64,000 bases of DNA from NCBI GenBank assembly GCA_963662285.2, contig CAXXMV010000002.1:512001-576000 (forward strand), in the 5' to 3' direction. The position numbers and the translations under genes were made by a program. Shown here piece after piece: positions 51,120 through 61,540 of this stretch. The DNA is from a bacterium (GTDB taxonomy: Bacteria > Hinthialibacterota > Hinthialibacteria > Hinthialibacterales > Hinthialibacteraceae). Position 1 is the stretch's first letter, and every line of letters starts with the position of its first letter. The notes beneath the pieces are model-generated. The model ran no database searches, was not told the DNA's origin, and saw only the letters and a list, made by a program, of their open reading frames with translations.

Positions 51120-51743
51120 TTACTCTTCATCCGGAGTTAATTTGATAGGCAGTATTATGGCCAGGACGATATAAGCTACCGCGCCCAGTAAATAGAAAAA
51201 TGACGATAGAACAAATAGCACCCGCACAATACTGCTGTCAATATGGAAATACTCAGCGATGCCTCCACAAACGCCGGTAAGCATTTTATCGTATTCCACC
51301 CGGTATAGTTTCTTCTCTAAATAAGGCTGGGATTGCGTTGCATCCTGCTTTTTTTCATATGTTTTTTGATCGCCCGTGGTTTTTTGATCATCGCTGGCTT
51401 TCTCTTCATCCACCGGCTTACTCTTGGGAGTCTCTTCTTCAGAGGCGCCATAGGTGTTCAGGTATCTTTGCACCGAACGGGCAACGCTTTCATCCAGTTT
51501 ATTCCTGGATGTTTGTTTAATAGCATTGATCAACTCACCCGGCATATTGGTTCGCTGAGCCAACAAATTGGCGGCGTTATTCGCCACTTGGAAGCGATCC
51601 CAGTTTTTCTTCAAATCATCCGCCAAAAGATCAACTGCCGGGTCATACACCGGCGGCTCTGGTGCAGGTGAATCAGATGCAGGTGGATCAAAAGGCGGTG
51701 GAGTGGGCGGCTGTCCGTTGAACTGCATATTTTCGGTATTCAT
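51120..51743 (-). CDS. PspC-domain protein
   Basis: C-terminal KKLYR...KMLTGVCGGIAEYF.ID...VRVLF PspC motif. Confidence 0.88.
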   Translation of the reverse strand: MNTENMQFNGQPPTPPPFDPPASDSPAPEPPVYDPAVDLLADDLKKNWDRFQVANNAANLLAQRTNMPGELINAIKQTSRNKLDESVARSVQRYLNTYGASEEETPKSKPVDEEKASDDQKTTGDQKTYEKKQDATQSQPYLEKKLYRVEYDKMLTGVCGGIAEYFHIDSSIVRVLFVLSSFFYLLGAVAYIVLAIILPIKLTPDEE

Positions 51744-51780
51744 GATAAACCTCCAGAGGTAAAAAATATTTTTGCGATTA

Positions 51781-52758
51781 TTAGTTTTTCTTACGATCAG
51801 TTAAATCTAGAAGCACGAATAAAGCGCCAACGCCAAACAAGATAAACATCCAAAGTTCTTCAATAAGTTCGATAACGTCAAAACCAGTCCACTTATCCAA
51901 CATAAAGGCGCACCCAACAGCGGTGAAGATGCTGCCCAACACAAACTGTCCCCGGTCGCGATCCCTTTGATATTCACGCAGCAGACGAAGCCCGAAGGCT
52001 AGTGGTATCAGCGGCCACAGGTGATCCCAAGTATCGAATGACCAGATATTTATGCCTGCATATTCATCCAGAATAACCATCCCGCCGATAGCCATAAAGA
52101 TAACGCCCAGGAAGAACTTGCCCGATACTCCACGGGAGCGTCTTTTTTTAGGTTCTTGAGCGACAGTATTTTCTGTTGCAGTATTCTGTTGAGTATTAGT
52201 CTGTTGAGTATTCATTGTTTCCTCCGGTGAAGACTTAAAAGTACCAGATGCGGCTGATGCGCTTGCGGTTCTACTCATTTTTTGCTGAGCCTCCGTTCTT
52301 AAATGCTCCTGTTCATTTTCAGCATTTACGGCATCCCCTGGAGGGGGCGACGGGGGCGGCGAAGCAGGAGATGGCGCATGGGCGAAACCAAGATTAATGC
52401 GCCGGGCGTTTTGCATAGCGTCTGCTATTGAAAATACGACTAAAAAAGGAAGCATGACTATGAACCAAAGTAATGGATATACCCGAGATATACCATTATG
52501 AAAAAAGGGGTTAAAACGAAAAGAACCAACCATTTCAAGATCAAATCCCAAAAAGTTACCAATTGAAGAACCATTATGAACCGGAACAAAAGCAAAAGGT
52601 GACAGACGCAACACAAAAAATAGAAATGTTCCGACAAAAAGAATAAACAGCAAAAGACCTTTGCCCGTCTGTTCGTTATATATCTGCCCTAATCCGGGTA
52701 CTATAGATAAAATTCCCGCTACCAGGGGACTTTTTTTAGAGGTATAAACTCTACTCAT
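51781..52758 (-). CDS. Membrane protein with LiaF/LiaI-like TM segments
   Basis: N-terminal KSPLVAGILSIVPGLGQIYN, a Pro-rich linker, and C-terminal TM pairs with LWPLIPL. Confidence 0.65.
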   Translation of the reverse strand: MSRVYTSKKSPLVAGILSIVPGLGQIYNEQTGKGLLLFILFVGTFLFFVLRLSPFAFVPVHNGSSIGNFLGFDLEMVGSFRFNPFFHNGISRVYPLLWFIVMLPFLVVFSIADAMQNARRINLGFAHAPSPASPPPSPPPGDAVNAENEQEHLRTEAQQKMSRTASASAASGTFKSSPEETMNTQQTNTQQNTATENTVAQEPKKRRSRGVSGKFFLGVIFMAIGGMVILDEYAGINIWSFDTWDHLWPLIPLAFGLRLLREYQRDRDRGQFVLGSIFTAVGCAFMLDKWTGFDVIELIEELWMFILFGVGALFVLLDLTDRKKN

Positions 52759-52823
52759 TTTGATTCTCCACAAACTTACTTTATCGCGCTTAAACGCATG
52801 TTTATTTGACAACCACGCAAATC

Positions 52824-53486
52824 TTAATTGCTGTTTTTGATCTCTTCTTTATTATCGATCTTGGCATCATTACTATACGAAGACTGATTGCCGTTTATGT
52901 CATTAATAGCTGGTGAACCGGAAATTTCAGCTGATTTGGCGTCTTTCATTTGTAGAGCTGTCGTAACGCGATTGATCAAACCGCTGGCTTTGCTATCAAC
53001 ATAGGTATAGATGCGGTCACTCTCTTCGACCATCCAACCGGCGTAAGTGGAAACCTGTTCTACTATTATAAAATCTTTGATATCTTTACCAGCCTCGACC
53101 TGTGGGCTGATGAATATTCCAAATAGCACTATACAAAACGTTACGAACGCAGGCACGCCCTCCCGTTTCAGGATTATGGGGATGCCAACATCAGGAACAA
53201 TATCCAAACAGGCGTTCCATATATCCAGCCAAATCGATTGGCGTGGTTTGACCATCTGCGCCTGTGCGTTGTCTCGCTCTTTGATATAGCCCATAACAAT
53301 ATCGGCCAAATCGTCGGGCGGTTCGGGAATACTCAGCGAATCAAGCGCGTAAACCACGCTTTCCAGAGCATTCTTGTACGCAAGGCATTCAGGGGTATTT
53401 TCGATATACTGCTCCACATCAGCAGGAATATCTTCCCCATCCAGCATGCGCTCGATCCATTCATTTGCTTTTTCTTGATCAATCAT
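52824..53486 (-). CDS. Putative transmembrane anti-sigma factor
   Basis: Directly downstream of the ECF sigma gene; degenerate ZAS-like N-terminus (MLDGE...YIENTPEC...PPDDL) and one TM helix. Confidence 0.7.
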   Translation of the reverse strand: MIDQEKANEWIERMLDGEDIPADVEQYIENTPECLAYKNALESVVYALDSLSIPEPPDDLADIVMGYIKERDNAQAQMVKPRQSIWLDIWNACLDIVPDVGIPIILKREGVPAFVTFCIVLFGIFISPQVEAGKDIKDFIIVEQVSTYAGWMVEESDRIYTYVDSKASGLINRVTTALQMKDAKSAEISGSPAINDINGNQSSYSNDAKIDNKEEIKNSN

Positions 53487-53557
53487 AATGAGTCTCCTGC
53501 GTTATAGCGGTTAACAAAAATATATGCGCATTTCCGCACGTTATTTTGAGAATCGCG

Positions 53558-54130
53558 CTAAGAGAGCAATTCGCTCTGCATTGGCCGCAGAATCTCCGAT
53601 AGTTTTACCCTGGCCCGGTGAATATGCGTCATAACGGTTCCCAAGGGAAGCGACAGGGTTTGGGCGATTTCTTCATAACTCAATTCTTCAATATGCCGCA
53701 ATAAAATAACCATTTGATATTTATCGGGCAACTGATGAATCGCTTTAAGCACAAGTTCTTCTCGGTTAAAACTCTCCTGTTCATCATGCGGATTATAAGT
53801 TTCATCCGGTATGTTCAGGACATGATCGTCTTCCATTGTCAAGGAACATGCCTTGACGCGCTTTTTTTTGCGCTGATCCAAAATATAATTAACCGTTATC
53901 CGGTTGATCCAGGCTTTGAACGGTCGTTCCGGATTATAGGTATTTAAAGCTTTATAAGCCCTGAAAAACACTTCTTGCACAACATCTTGCGCTCCATCAG
54001 CTCTTCCAACCATACTGTACGCAATGTGATAGACAATGCCGCTGTAGGATTCAACCAGCATGCGAAACGCATCCCGGTTCCCCGACAGAACCTCTTCAAC
54101 AATCGCGGCGTCATCCATCAGTTGATCCAT
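53558..54130 (-). CDS. ECF sigma-70 factor (SigW-like)
   Basis: AQDVVQEVF, FKAWINRITVN and LSYEEIAQTLSLPLGTVMTHIHRAR motifs. Confidence 0.93.
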   Translation of the reverse strand: MDQLMDDAAIVEEVLSGNRDAFRMLVESYSGIVYHIAYSMVGRADGAQDVVQEVFFRAYKALNTYNPERPFKAWINRITVNYILDQRKKKRVKACSLTMEDDHVLNIPDETYNPHDEQESFNREELVLKAIHQLPDKYQMVILLRHIEELSYEEIAQTLSLPLGTVMTHIHRARVKLSEILRPMQSELLS

Positions 54131-54174
54131 GCTCTGTCCAAATCCGAAATAAATGTTTATCCTGCATATATTAT

Positions 54175-54200
54175 TACGAAAAGATTATTCTTATATTTCA
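54175..54200 (-). promoter_or_regulatory. Autoregulatory ECF promoter
   Basis: TGAAAT-N16-CGTA, one mismatch from the B. subtilis sigmaW consensus TGAAAC-N16-CGTA. Confidence 0.65.
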
Positions 54201-54394
54201 CTAACATGAAATTAATGGCATTTATAACGGTTTATCAAAGTTTATGTTATAGTATACTCAACCCAACAATCCATCACTCCGGTAATCTGCATTTATTTTG
54301 TATAATAAAATCTTTATAATCTACAAGATTTGAATAAATAATATGATATAACGCTCTAATAATCCTTAAACTTAATTTTCATCGAGATTAAACC

Positions 54395-56014
54395 ATGATA
54401 TCAAAGCAGTTTCCATTAAAAAAACTATTCATTATTATAGGCATTGTTTTATTGGTTGGCGCGTCTTTTTCAGTTCATGATGCTAATGCGCTTGCTCAAG
54501 CAGACAATATTAATTCTGCCACTACTCAAGCAGCCACCGCAGCTATTGCGCCTGCCACGATAACTTCATCAACCGAAGATGAGATAATTCTCAAAGTTGT
54601 AGACAAACTCACCGAAGCGATGAAAGGCATCGCCGCAACCCAATCTGCCACCGCCGCCGCACAGATTGCTCCCGCCACAATTGATAAAGTTACCAAGGAA
54701 CCGGCTATTCTTAGTGGTATCGATAAAAGCGTTGATACCATGATGGATGGCATCTCAACCTCAATAACCAGGACGCGGCATTGGATTTCCCGCGCTTTAG
54801 GCGGCGAAGATTCAAATATTGCCTATTTGGTCGATGTGATGCTATCTTTTATTTCTTATGATTTGATGGGCTGGGAAATATGGGAATATCTGCTCTCTTT
54901 CTTCATCATATTTTTCTCGTTATGCCTGAGACAATGGATCGCCCTACGGCTTTTTAATACATTTAAACGTTTCTCTTCAACTACCAAGACGCGTATTGAT
55001 GACGAATTGGCGGTGCTTTTTGAACAACTATTACCTCCCTTCAGGATGGCGATAGTATTATTCGGCGTTTATCTTAGTGTAATGGTTTTTTTTCATGGCA
55101 AACCGCCTTCAGGGTCTACTATTCTTACGCAGTTTTTTCATCTCTTCAGGGCCGTCAGTTTTCTATCGTTATTAAGCATCATCGCCTGGGCTTTATGTCG
55201 CGTGGCAGATGTAACAATCCAGTGGATGTCCCGCATGACGCGCGACCAGGAAACATTGCTGGATCACACCTTCATTCCCATAGCCCGGAGAACCGCCAAG
55301 ATTTTCATCATCATTGTCACCGTTCTCCAGGGACTCGACTATTTTAATCTCGATGCCATCGTTAATAGTTTACTGGCGGCTGCTGGCGTATCCGGTTTGG
55401 CTATCGGTCTGGCCGCGCAGGATACTATCAAGAACTTTTTCGGCTCAATCGTACTGCTGGTCGATCGGCCATTTTCAATCGGCGACTGGATTGTCGCCGG
55501 AGATACCGAAGGAATCGTCGAATCAGTTGGTTTCCGCAGCACCAAAATCCGCACCTTCGGCAAAACGCTGATCACCATCCCCAATTCATCTATCGTTGAC
55601 CGCGATATCGATAATATCACCAGACGAAAAGTGCGCCGCATTAAATTCAACCTCGGCGTATCCTACGAGACCAAACCGGAACAGATGGAAGAACTGCTTG
55701 GCCGCATCCGTACTTTGCTGCGCACCGATGATGCTGTCTGGCCTCATCTTATCTTGGTGCGTTTTACCGAGTTTGGTGAAAGTTCCCTCAACATTTTCAT
55801 TTACTATTTCTCCAAAACAATTGACTGGGATGAACATCTCGCCGTTCGCGAACGTATGAACCTGGAAATCATGAAAATCATCAATGAGATGGGTCTGGAA
55901 ATCGCATTTCCCACTCGAACGCTCTACTTGCGGCAGGATGATCCATCCGGCATTGAATCGTCCAATGACTCAACCGAGGTTGATTCACCTCCCGATGAAC
56001 CTTATATGGCTTGA
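54395..56014 (+). CDS. MscS-family mechanosensitive channel with exported N-terminal extension
   Basis: GLAIGLAAQDTIKNFFG, RPFSIGDWI, VGFRST and IAFPT motifs; signal peptide and Ala/Thr repeats. Confidence 0.92.
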   Translation: MISKQFPLKKLFIIIGIVLLVGASFSVHDANALAQADNINSATTQAATAAIAPATITSSTEDEIILKVVDKLTEAMKGIAATQSATAAAQIAPATIDKVTKEPAILSGIDKSVDTMMDGISTSITRTRHWISRALGGEDSNIAYLVDVMLSFISYDLMGWEIWEYLLSFFIIFFSLCLRQWIALRLFNTFKRFSSTTKTRIDDELAVLFEQLLPPFRMAIVLFGVYLSVMVFFHGKPPSGSTILTQFFHLFRAVSFLSLLSIIAWALCRVADVTIQWMSRMTRDQETLLDHTFIPIARRTAKIFIIIVTVLQGLDYFNLDAIVNSLLAAAGVSGLAIGLAAQDTIKNFFGSIVLLVDRPFSIGDWIVAGDTEGIVESVGFRSTKIRTFGKTLITIPNSSIVDRDIDNITRRKVRRIKFNLGVSYETKPEQMEELLGRIRTLLRTDDAVWPHLILVRFTEFGESSLNIFIYYFSKTIDWDEHLAVRERMNLEIMKIINEMGLEIAFPTRTLYLRQDDPSGIESSNDSTEVDSPPDEPYMA

Positions 56015-56132
56015 TTGATAGATCAAAAACCAATTGCTCTTTACTGCTTAAATCCTATCTACGACTGGAAGCCTTTGCTTCCATCTGTTAGACTGTTTTC
56101 CGAATCTCAGATTTTAATAATGGGAGAGTAAT

Positions 56133-57527
56133 ATGTCCGACGAGAGAATACAGTCTATTATTGATGATGATATATATGTGAAAAAGCCGTTTTACTGCTG
56201 GCTGGCATTAATTGCCGGATTATTGGCCTGGACTTTTGACGGCGTAGAGCAAGGCGTTTACGCTATCATGTCCCGCGCCGCCTTAAAAGAACTCGTCCCC
56301 GGCATCCCAGAAATGATGCAGAAAGCCGTTGATTTAAGCGCCAATGGCATGGCGGCTCAAGCGACGGATCTCATATCCCAGGTTGATAAGTCAGTCGGTT
56401 TTTATTTCAGTTTGGCAGTGGCCATGTGGTTATGGGGCGCCGCAGCTGGAGGCGTACTTTTTGGCCGCTGGGGCGACAAATACGGACGGGTCAGGACGTT
56501 GATTTTCGCCGTTATCACTTATTCCGCATTTACCGGTCTAACCGCGCTTTCAACCCATTGGTCTCACTTCGCCATTTGCCGGTTCATAGGCGCAATGGGT
56601 CTGGGTGGCGCCTGGCCTCTGAGTCTTGCGCTAATCGTTGAAACCTGGCCGGAAAAATATCGTGCAGTTTTGGCTGGATTGATGGGCGCCGGGGCCAATG
56701 TCGGCTTTTTAATTGCTTCCCTCTACTCGCGTCAAATGCTCGCTCTCGGCTATAACTGGCGCTGGGTAATTGGAATGGGCTGCGCTATCGGTTTCAGTAG
56801 TCTATTCATAATTGTCTTTGTGCCCGAACCGACTAAATGGGTCATCTCTAAAGCCAAAAAACATAAATCAAAATTGCGCGACCTCTTCGTCCCCCGCTAT
56901 CGCAGGTCTGCTATCGTTGGAAGTCTGTTGTCCACCGTGGCTTTACTTGGGACTTGGGGATCATTCCTCTGGATGTCGACTTACGTCGACCAGATCGCCG
57001 AGGGAACCGAGTACCAAGGCACGGCTAAAGCCACCATCGCGTTATGGCAATCCTACGGACAGATCATCGGCGGTTTCATGGGCGGCGTTTTAGCGGGAAT
57101 TATGGGCGGCAACAAACGCTCCTGGTGTTTCCTGTGCATCGCCGCTTGGGCGTCAGTCTTCGCTATGCTTTATTGCAATACCGTATTCGGAATGCAGATG
57201 CTATGGATGGGCGCTTTCGCCGGGCTTTTCGTCACCGCCTATTTCGGATGGCTGCCCAAGTATCTGTCCGAACTGTTCCCCACCCGCATCCGGGGATTGG
57301 GACAGGGCTTTTCATTCAATGTTGGCCGTATATTAACCGGATTCGGCGTACTTGGAGCGGGAACATTAACCGACAAGGTATTCGACGGTGATTACCGCAA
57401 AACCATGATGGTTATGTGTTCCATATATTTGACTGGTTTGATTGTTATTATCTTTGCCCCCAACACTGGCGGGCAGATGGTTTCTGACGAAGAAGATGAA
57501 GCCGCCATGCAAGAACATAACGGATAA
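56133..57527 (+). CDS. MFS transporter
   Basis: GRWGDKYGR motif A, ETWP..YR, and ELFPTRIRG. Confidence 0.92.
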   Translation: MSDERIQSIIDDDIYVKKPFYCWLALIAGLLAWTFDGVEQGVYAIMSRAALKELVPGIPEMMQKAVDLSANGMAAQATDLISQVDKSVGFYFSLAVAMWLWGAAAGGVLFGRWGDKYGRVRTLIFAVITYSAFTGLTALSTHWSHFAICRFIGAMGLGGAWPLSLALIVETWPEKYRAVLAGLMGAGANVGFLIASLYSRQMLALGYNWRWVIGMGCAIGFSSLFIIVFVPEPTKWVISKAKKHKSKLRDLFVPRYRRSAIVGSLLSTVALLGTWGSFLWMSTYVDQIAEGTEYQGTAKATIALWQSYGQIIGGFMGGVLAGIMGGNKRSWCFLCIAAWASVFAMLYCNTVFGMQMLWMGAFAGLFVTAYFGWLPKYLSELFPTRIRGLGQGFSFNVGRILTGFGVLGAGTLTDKVFDGDYRKTMMVMCSIYLTGLIVIIFAPNTGGQMVSDEEDEAAMQEHNG

Positions 57528-57547
57528 ATTTATCTCATGAAACACTT

Positions 57548-57586
57548 AAAAACGGCCTGACTGGCGACAGTCAGGCCGTTTTTTTT
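57548..57586 (+). terminator. Intrinsic terminator (copy 1 of a duplicated element)
   Basis: AAAAACGGCCTGACTG-GCGA-CAGTCAGGCCG followed by T8. Confidence 0.85.
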
Positions 57587-57695
57587 ACAATAAACTTTGA
57601 ACACCCTGGAGATTCAATTACCGATTATTTTAAATTATCTCATGAAAAACGGATATTATATTATATATTAAACAATTATATCCTTTGGTTTGATC

Positions 57696-59138
57696 ATGAA
57701 AAAACATAGATTATCGCTTAATATAATGTTGTTTTCAGCAATCTTGATTTTGTTATTTGCCCAGAAAACCTATTCAGTCGATTTTTCCTCTGACGAGCAA
57801 AAGTGGATCGATCAGGAACATCGATTGCGTTTTAGCGAAGTCGAGTGGCAACCGCTTTCCTATACGGCTGAATTTCCTGTTTACAAAGGGATTATTGCTG
57901 AGTACTTAGAAATTATTGCTACCCGCGCTGGTATTAAAATGGACTATGTTAAAAGTAGGACATGGCAGGAAGTGCTGGATAAATTTTGCAACAATGAGAT
58001 TGACCTGATACCAGCATTGTCAAAAGAGGATGATATCGGTACAGAGGTCTTATTTACTGATTCTTATATATCCTTTCCTTTAGTTATCGCTACCAGAAAT
58101 GACATCGATTTTATTAGTTATACTCATGAATTAAAAGGTAAAAAAGTTGGTGTAGGCAAAGGCTATACCAGTTACTACTTTCTTAAAAAAAATCATCCTG
58201 AAATTGAACTTATAACTACAGATGATGTCTTGCAAGGATTAAAATTGTTAGACAAAGGCGAGATTGATGCCTTTGTCGGTCATTTGGCTGTTATTATTTA
58301 TACGATTACTAACTCTAACCTTGATGTTAAGATCGCAGGTAAAACTGAGTTTATTTTTGAACATAGAATGGGGTTATCTCCCAAACATGCACCAGCTGTA
58401 TCAATTTTCAATAAAATATTTGCTGAAATGACCAAGGACGAACATAATCATATTTATAACAAGTGGGTTAAAATTGGTGTAAATAGAAACGACTATTCAT
58501 TAGTTTGGAAAATTTTAATTGGAACAGGATTAGTAATTTTTGGATTCTTCTATTGGAATCGAAAATTATCAATAGAAAAAAAACGGGCTAAGCAAGCGCT
58601 TAATGATTTAAACATTCTCAAAGATCAATTGGAAGAAAAAAACGATGCATTGAATCATTTAGCAGTCACTGATCAACTGACGGGTCTTTATAACCGCCTT
58701 AAACTGGATAGTACTCTTAAAAACGAATTAGACCGCTCTGAAAGGTTCAATCATATTTTCGGGATAATACTCTTGGATATAGATAACTTTAAGGAGGTTA
58801 ATGATACTCATGGCCACCAGACTGGTGATAAAATTCTAATCAGTATTGCAGAGTTACTGAATAACCATACACGTAAAACTGATGTCGTAGGTCGATGGGG
58901 TGGAGAGGAATTTTTAATTATTTGCCCTGAAACCTGCGAAAAAGGGATTATGAAACTGGCTGAAAATTTACGGAGAATTATTGAAAATTATAAATTTCCT
59001 GTTATTTTCTCAAAGACTGCCAGTTTCGGCGTGACATTATATCGACGCGATGACAGCATTCAAACAATAATCAAAAGATCTGATAAGGCGCTTTACAATG
59101 CAAAAGAAAGCGGTAAAAACTGCATAGCATTTAATTGA
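57696..59138 (+). CDS. Diguanylate cyclase with periplasmic solute-binding (PBPb) sensor domain
   Basis: PBP domain, TM helix, TDQLTGLYNR, DIDNFKEVND, I-site RKTD and GGEEF. Confidence 0.92.
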   Translation: MKKHRLSLNIMLFSAILILLFAQKTYSVDFSSDEQKWIDQEHRLRFSEVEWQPLSYTAEFPVYKGIIAEYLEIIATRAGIKMDYVKSRTWQEVLDKFCNNEIDLIPALSKEDDIGTEVLFTDSYISFPLVIATRNDIDFISYTHELKGKKVGVGKGYTSYYFLKKNHPEIELITTDDVLQGLKLLDKGEIDAFVGHLAVIIYTITNSNLDVKIAGKTEFIFEHRMGLSPKHAPAVSIFNKIFAEMTKDEHNHIYNKWVKIGVNRNDYSLVWKILIGTGLVIFGFFYWNRKLSIEKKRAKQALNDLNILKDQLEEKNDALNHLAVTDQLTGLYNRLKLDSTLKNELDRSERFNHIFGIILLDIDNFKEVNDTHGHQTGDKILISIAELLNNHTRKTDVVGRWGGEEFLIICPETCEKGIMKLAENLRRIIENYKFPVIFSKTASFGVTLYRRDDSIQTIIKRSDKALYNAKESGKNCIAFN

Positions 59139-59285
59139 TAATCTCTTGATAATGTATATATTAAATCAAACTCCTTCTCAAACAATAAAAAAATCCACAA
59201 AATTTATCGAATTTTACATATTTGCTGGTAATCAGGACGCCAAGGGTATAACGGAAAAAGATACCCTCATTTTGAGAAGCGCTCT

Positions 59286-59319
59286 AAATGGCTTGGTTGG
59301 CGCAGTCAGGCCGTTTTTT
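59286..59319 (+). terminator. Intrinsic terminator (copy 2, G-U-substituted)
   Basis: AAATGGCTTGGTTG-GCG-CAGTCAGGCCG followed by T6. Confidence 0.65.
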
Positions 59320-59614
59320 ATTCCCGTCTGCAAGCGCAATTTTTTTCAGGCAGCAATATTGCGCCTATAACTGCTCCAATTGCGGCAATGGCGCCGATGC
59401 CTTGCAGCTGGTTAAGTAAGGTGTAGGGCATATTTTCGCTGAAGCTAATGAAGCAATACAACAGAATAACTGTTGCAATCAGCATGCAAAGGGCATAGAA
59501 GACTCCTCCAATAATAATAATCCACTGCAGAGGATAACGCATGGAAATTTGAGCCGAAGGCGGCGCAACTTTTCGCTTAACTCCGTTTTGTTTGGCCATA
59601 TTGTTTTTTTTCAT
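59318..59614 (-). CDS. Small two-TM membrane protein
   Basis: Basic N-terminus and two hydrophobic helices; 5 nt downstream of the GT-C gene. Confidence 0.6.
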   Translation of the reverse strand: MKKNNMAKQNGVKRKVAPPSAQISMRYPLQWIIIIGGVFYALCMLIATVILLYCFISFSENMPYTLLNQLQGIGAIAAIGAVIGAILLPEKNCACRRE

Positions 59615-59619
59615 AATGA

Positions 59620-61491
59620 TCAGAACGATGATTTCAGTTCAATCTGATCCGAATACTTTTTATTCACTTTTATTGATTCTATTCTCTTTTTGAATTCACT
59701 GGAGTCGTTGCCGGTCGCATCATATAACTGAACCAACTCCTCTAATACCATAGTGTTGTCCGGCGCATATTTCAGAGCGTACTGTAAACAAGCGTTAGCT
59801 TCTTTATAAAAACGGCCTAACCGGAAAAGGATCGCTTTATTCACTATAGTATCGATATGCCGGGGATTAATTTTTAAGGTTTGATTTATAACTTCCAATG
59901 CCTTGGCGATTTTATTGGTTCGCATTAATCCAAGTTGATAGGTATGAAGAAAAAGAACATTGCCCGGAAATTTTTCTACATTTTTTTCCGCCAAGAGCGT
60001 AGCATACTCTATTTCAATATGATTATGCAGCATGATCCGAATCAGGAAATCAAGACTGTTCCCATCAATAAACTCATTTTGATTCTTTATCTGCTCCCAA
60101 TTCAATTTAGATAGGATGATTTTAATTTTTCCCTCTTGGCTATCTTCGGCTAATCGATATAAATAATTATGAAGAGTCTCTAAATTGTTCGGCGCCAGAA
60201 CATGCTCTTTATGCCAAAATTTGACGGGAGATTGATATTCAAAATTACGCCGTAAGGTAAGAGTTGAGAATAATACCAGGATCAATAAAGATAAAGCTAT
60301 GGTGATCTTCTTTAATTTCAAATCTTTAGATTTTACTAAAGCAAAAATGATCGATTCTACAATTATGGCCAGACCGATAGACGGCAGATAAATCCTTCTC
60401 TCCGCAATCAGGTCCCAAATGGGGATAATGGATGACGTCGGCGCCAGAGTAATAAAAAACCATAATATGCCAAAAGAAATTTCCGGTTTTCTGCGAAATT
60501 TGAGTATGGCGACGACCACGGCAGTTATTATGGCGGCAAAAGAAAAAATGAATCTTGGATTAAAAATGGATTCTGCCAGAGTAAAGGTCGGTCGAAATAA
60601 CAGGTTCAATGGCGCTGCAATCCTGGGGATGTAATAAAACACTATTATGCAGGCCTGCGTATATAGATTGGTCAGTGGAGTTCTGGCTTCCATATCAGGA
60701 ATACTTAAAAAGGCGCCCAGCGTATACTTGCGATAAGCGAAATATGCGCCGAATACCAGCAGCACTGGTAAACAGGCCAGCGATATCTTAAGACAAAGTC
60801 GGCGCGTCTTCTCTTCACGCATCGAGTAAACCAATAGCAATGCAAAGACGAGTGGAAGCGTAATGATTATCTCTTTAGAACTTAAACCCAAAGCAAGACA
60901 ACCACCCATCGCCGGGATTATCGATATAATCAGCAACAACCATTTAGATATAGATTTTGGCTTGGGTGAGAAGAGGTATATTATCTTTAATGAGAGCAGC
61001 ATTCCTAATACAAAAAAGATCGTCGCAAATATATTGGCGCGTGAAATGATATAGGTTACCGGTTGAGTGTTGATTGGATGCAACGCAAAAAAACAGGCCG
61101 CAATCAAACCGTAATACGGCCAATACTTTTGCTGTTCGATTTGTGGATATAAAAATTTCCAGATCGCCCGGACGCTGAAATATACCAATATAGTCGCCAA
61201 TAAATGATACAGAATATTGAAGAAATGCATGGCTCTAATCGCATCGGAAAAACAACGCCATTCCAAAGCGAATGATAATTGAACAAGGCCGCGGTTAAAG
61301 AAAAAATGGTCGAATATTTGAGGCAGATTCGCTATGTTGGTTACCCTTGGGTTATTAATTATGGCCGAGTAATCATCTAAATATGCAGGAACGCTTAAAG
61401 CAGGGATATATACGATAAAGACCAATCCAAGCAGCAAAAACAATAAAATCCGGGGGGATGCAATAATTCCGATCAAACCTTTAGTTTTCAT
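59620..61491 (-). CDS. TMTC-like GT-C glycosyltransferase with C-terminal TPR repeats
   Basis: YLDDY, FALHPINTQPV.YI..R, LSSKE, LAPTSSIIP and ERRIYLPS motifs; TPR-like tail. Confidence 0.82.
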   Translation of the reverse strand: MKTKGLIGIIASPRILLFLLLGLVFIVYIPALSVPAYLDDYSAIINNPRVTNIANLPQIFDHFFFNRGLVQLSFALEWRCFSDAIRAMHFFNILYHLLATILVYFSVRAIWKFLYPQIEQQKYWPYYGLIAACFFALHPINTQPVTYIISRANIFATIFFVLGMLLSLKIIYLFSPKPKSISKWLLLIISIIPAMGGCLALGLSSKEIIITLPLVFALLLVYSMREEKTRRLCLKISLACLPVLLVFGAYFAYRKYTLGAFLSIPDMEARTPLTNLYTQACIIVFYYIPRIAAPLNLLFRPTFTLAESIFNPRFIFSFAAIITAVVVAILKFRRKPEISFGILWFFITLAPTSSIIPIWDLIAERRIYLPSIGLAIIVESIIFALVKSKDLKLKKITIALSLLILVLFSTLTLRRNFEYQSPVKFWHKEHVLAPNNLETLHNYLYRLAEDSQEGKIKIILSKLNWEQIKNQNEFIDGNSLDFLIRIMLHNHIEIEYATLLAEKNVEKFPGNVLFLHTYQLGLMRTNKIAKALEVINQTLKINPRHIDTIVNKAILFRLGRFYKEANACLQYALKYAPDNTMVLEELVQLYDATGNDSSEFKKRIESIKVNKKYSDQIELKSSF

Positions 61492-61540
61492 ATTCTCTGT
61501 TTTTACTTCAATATTTCTGTTGCTCAATTTGTAGTCCTTC

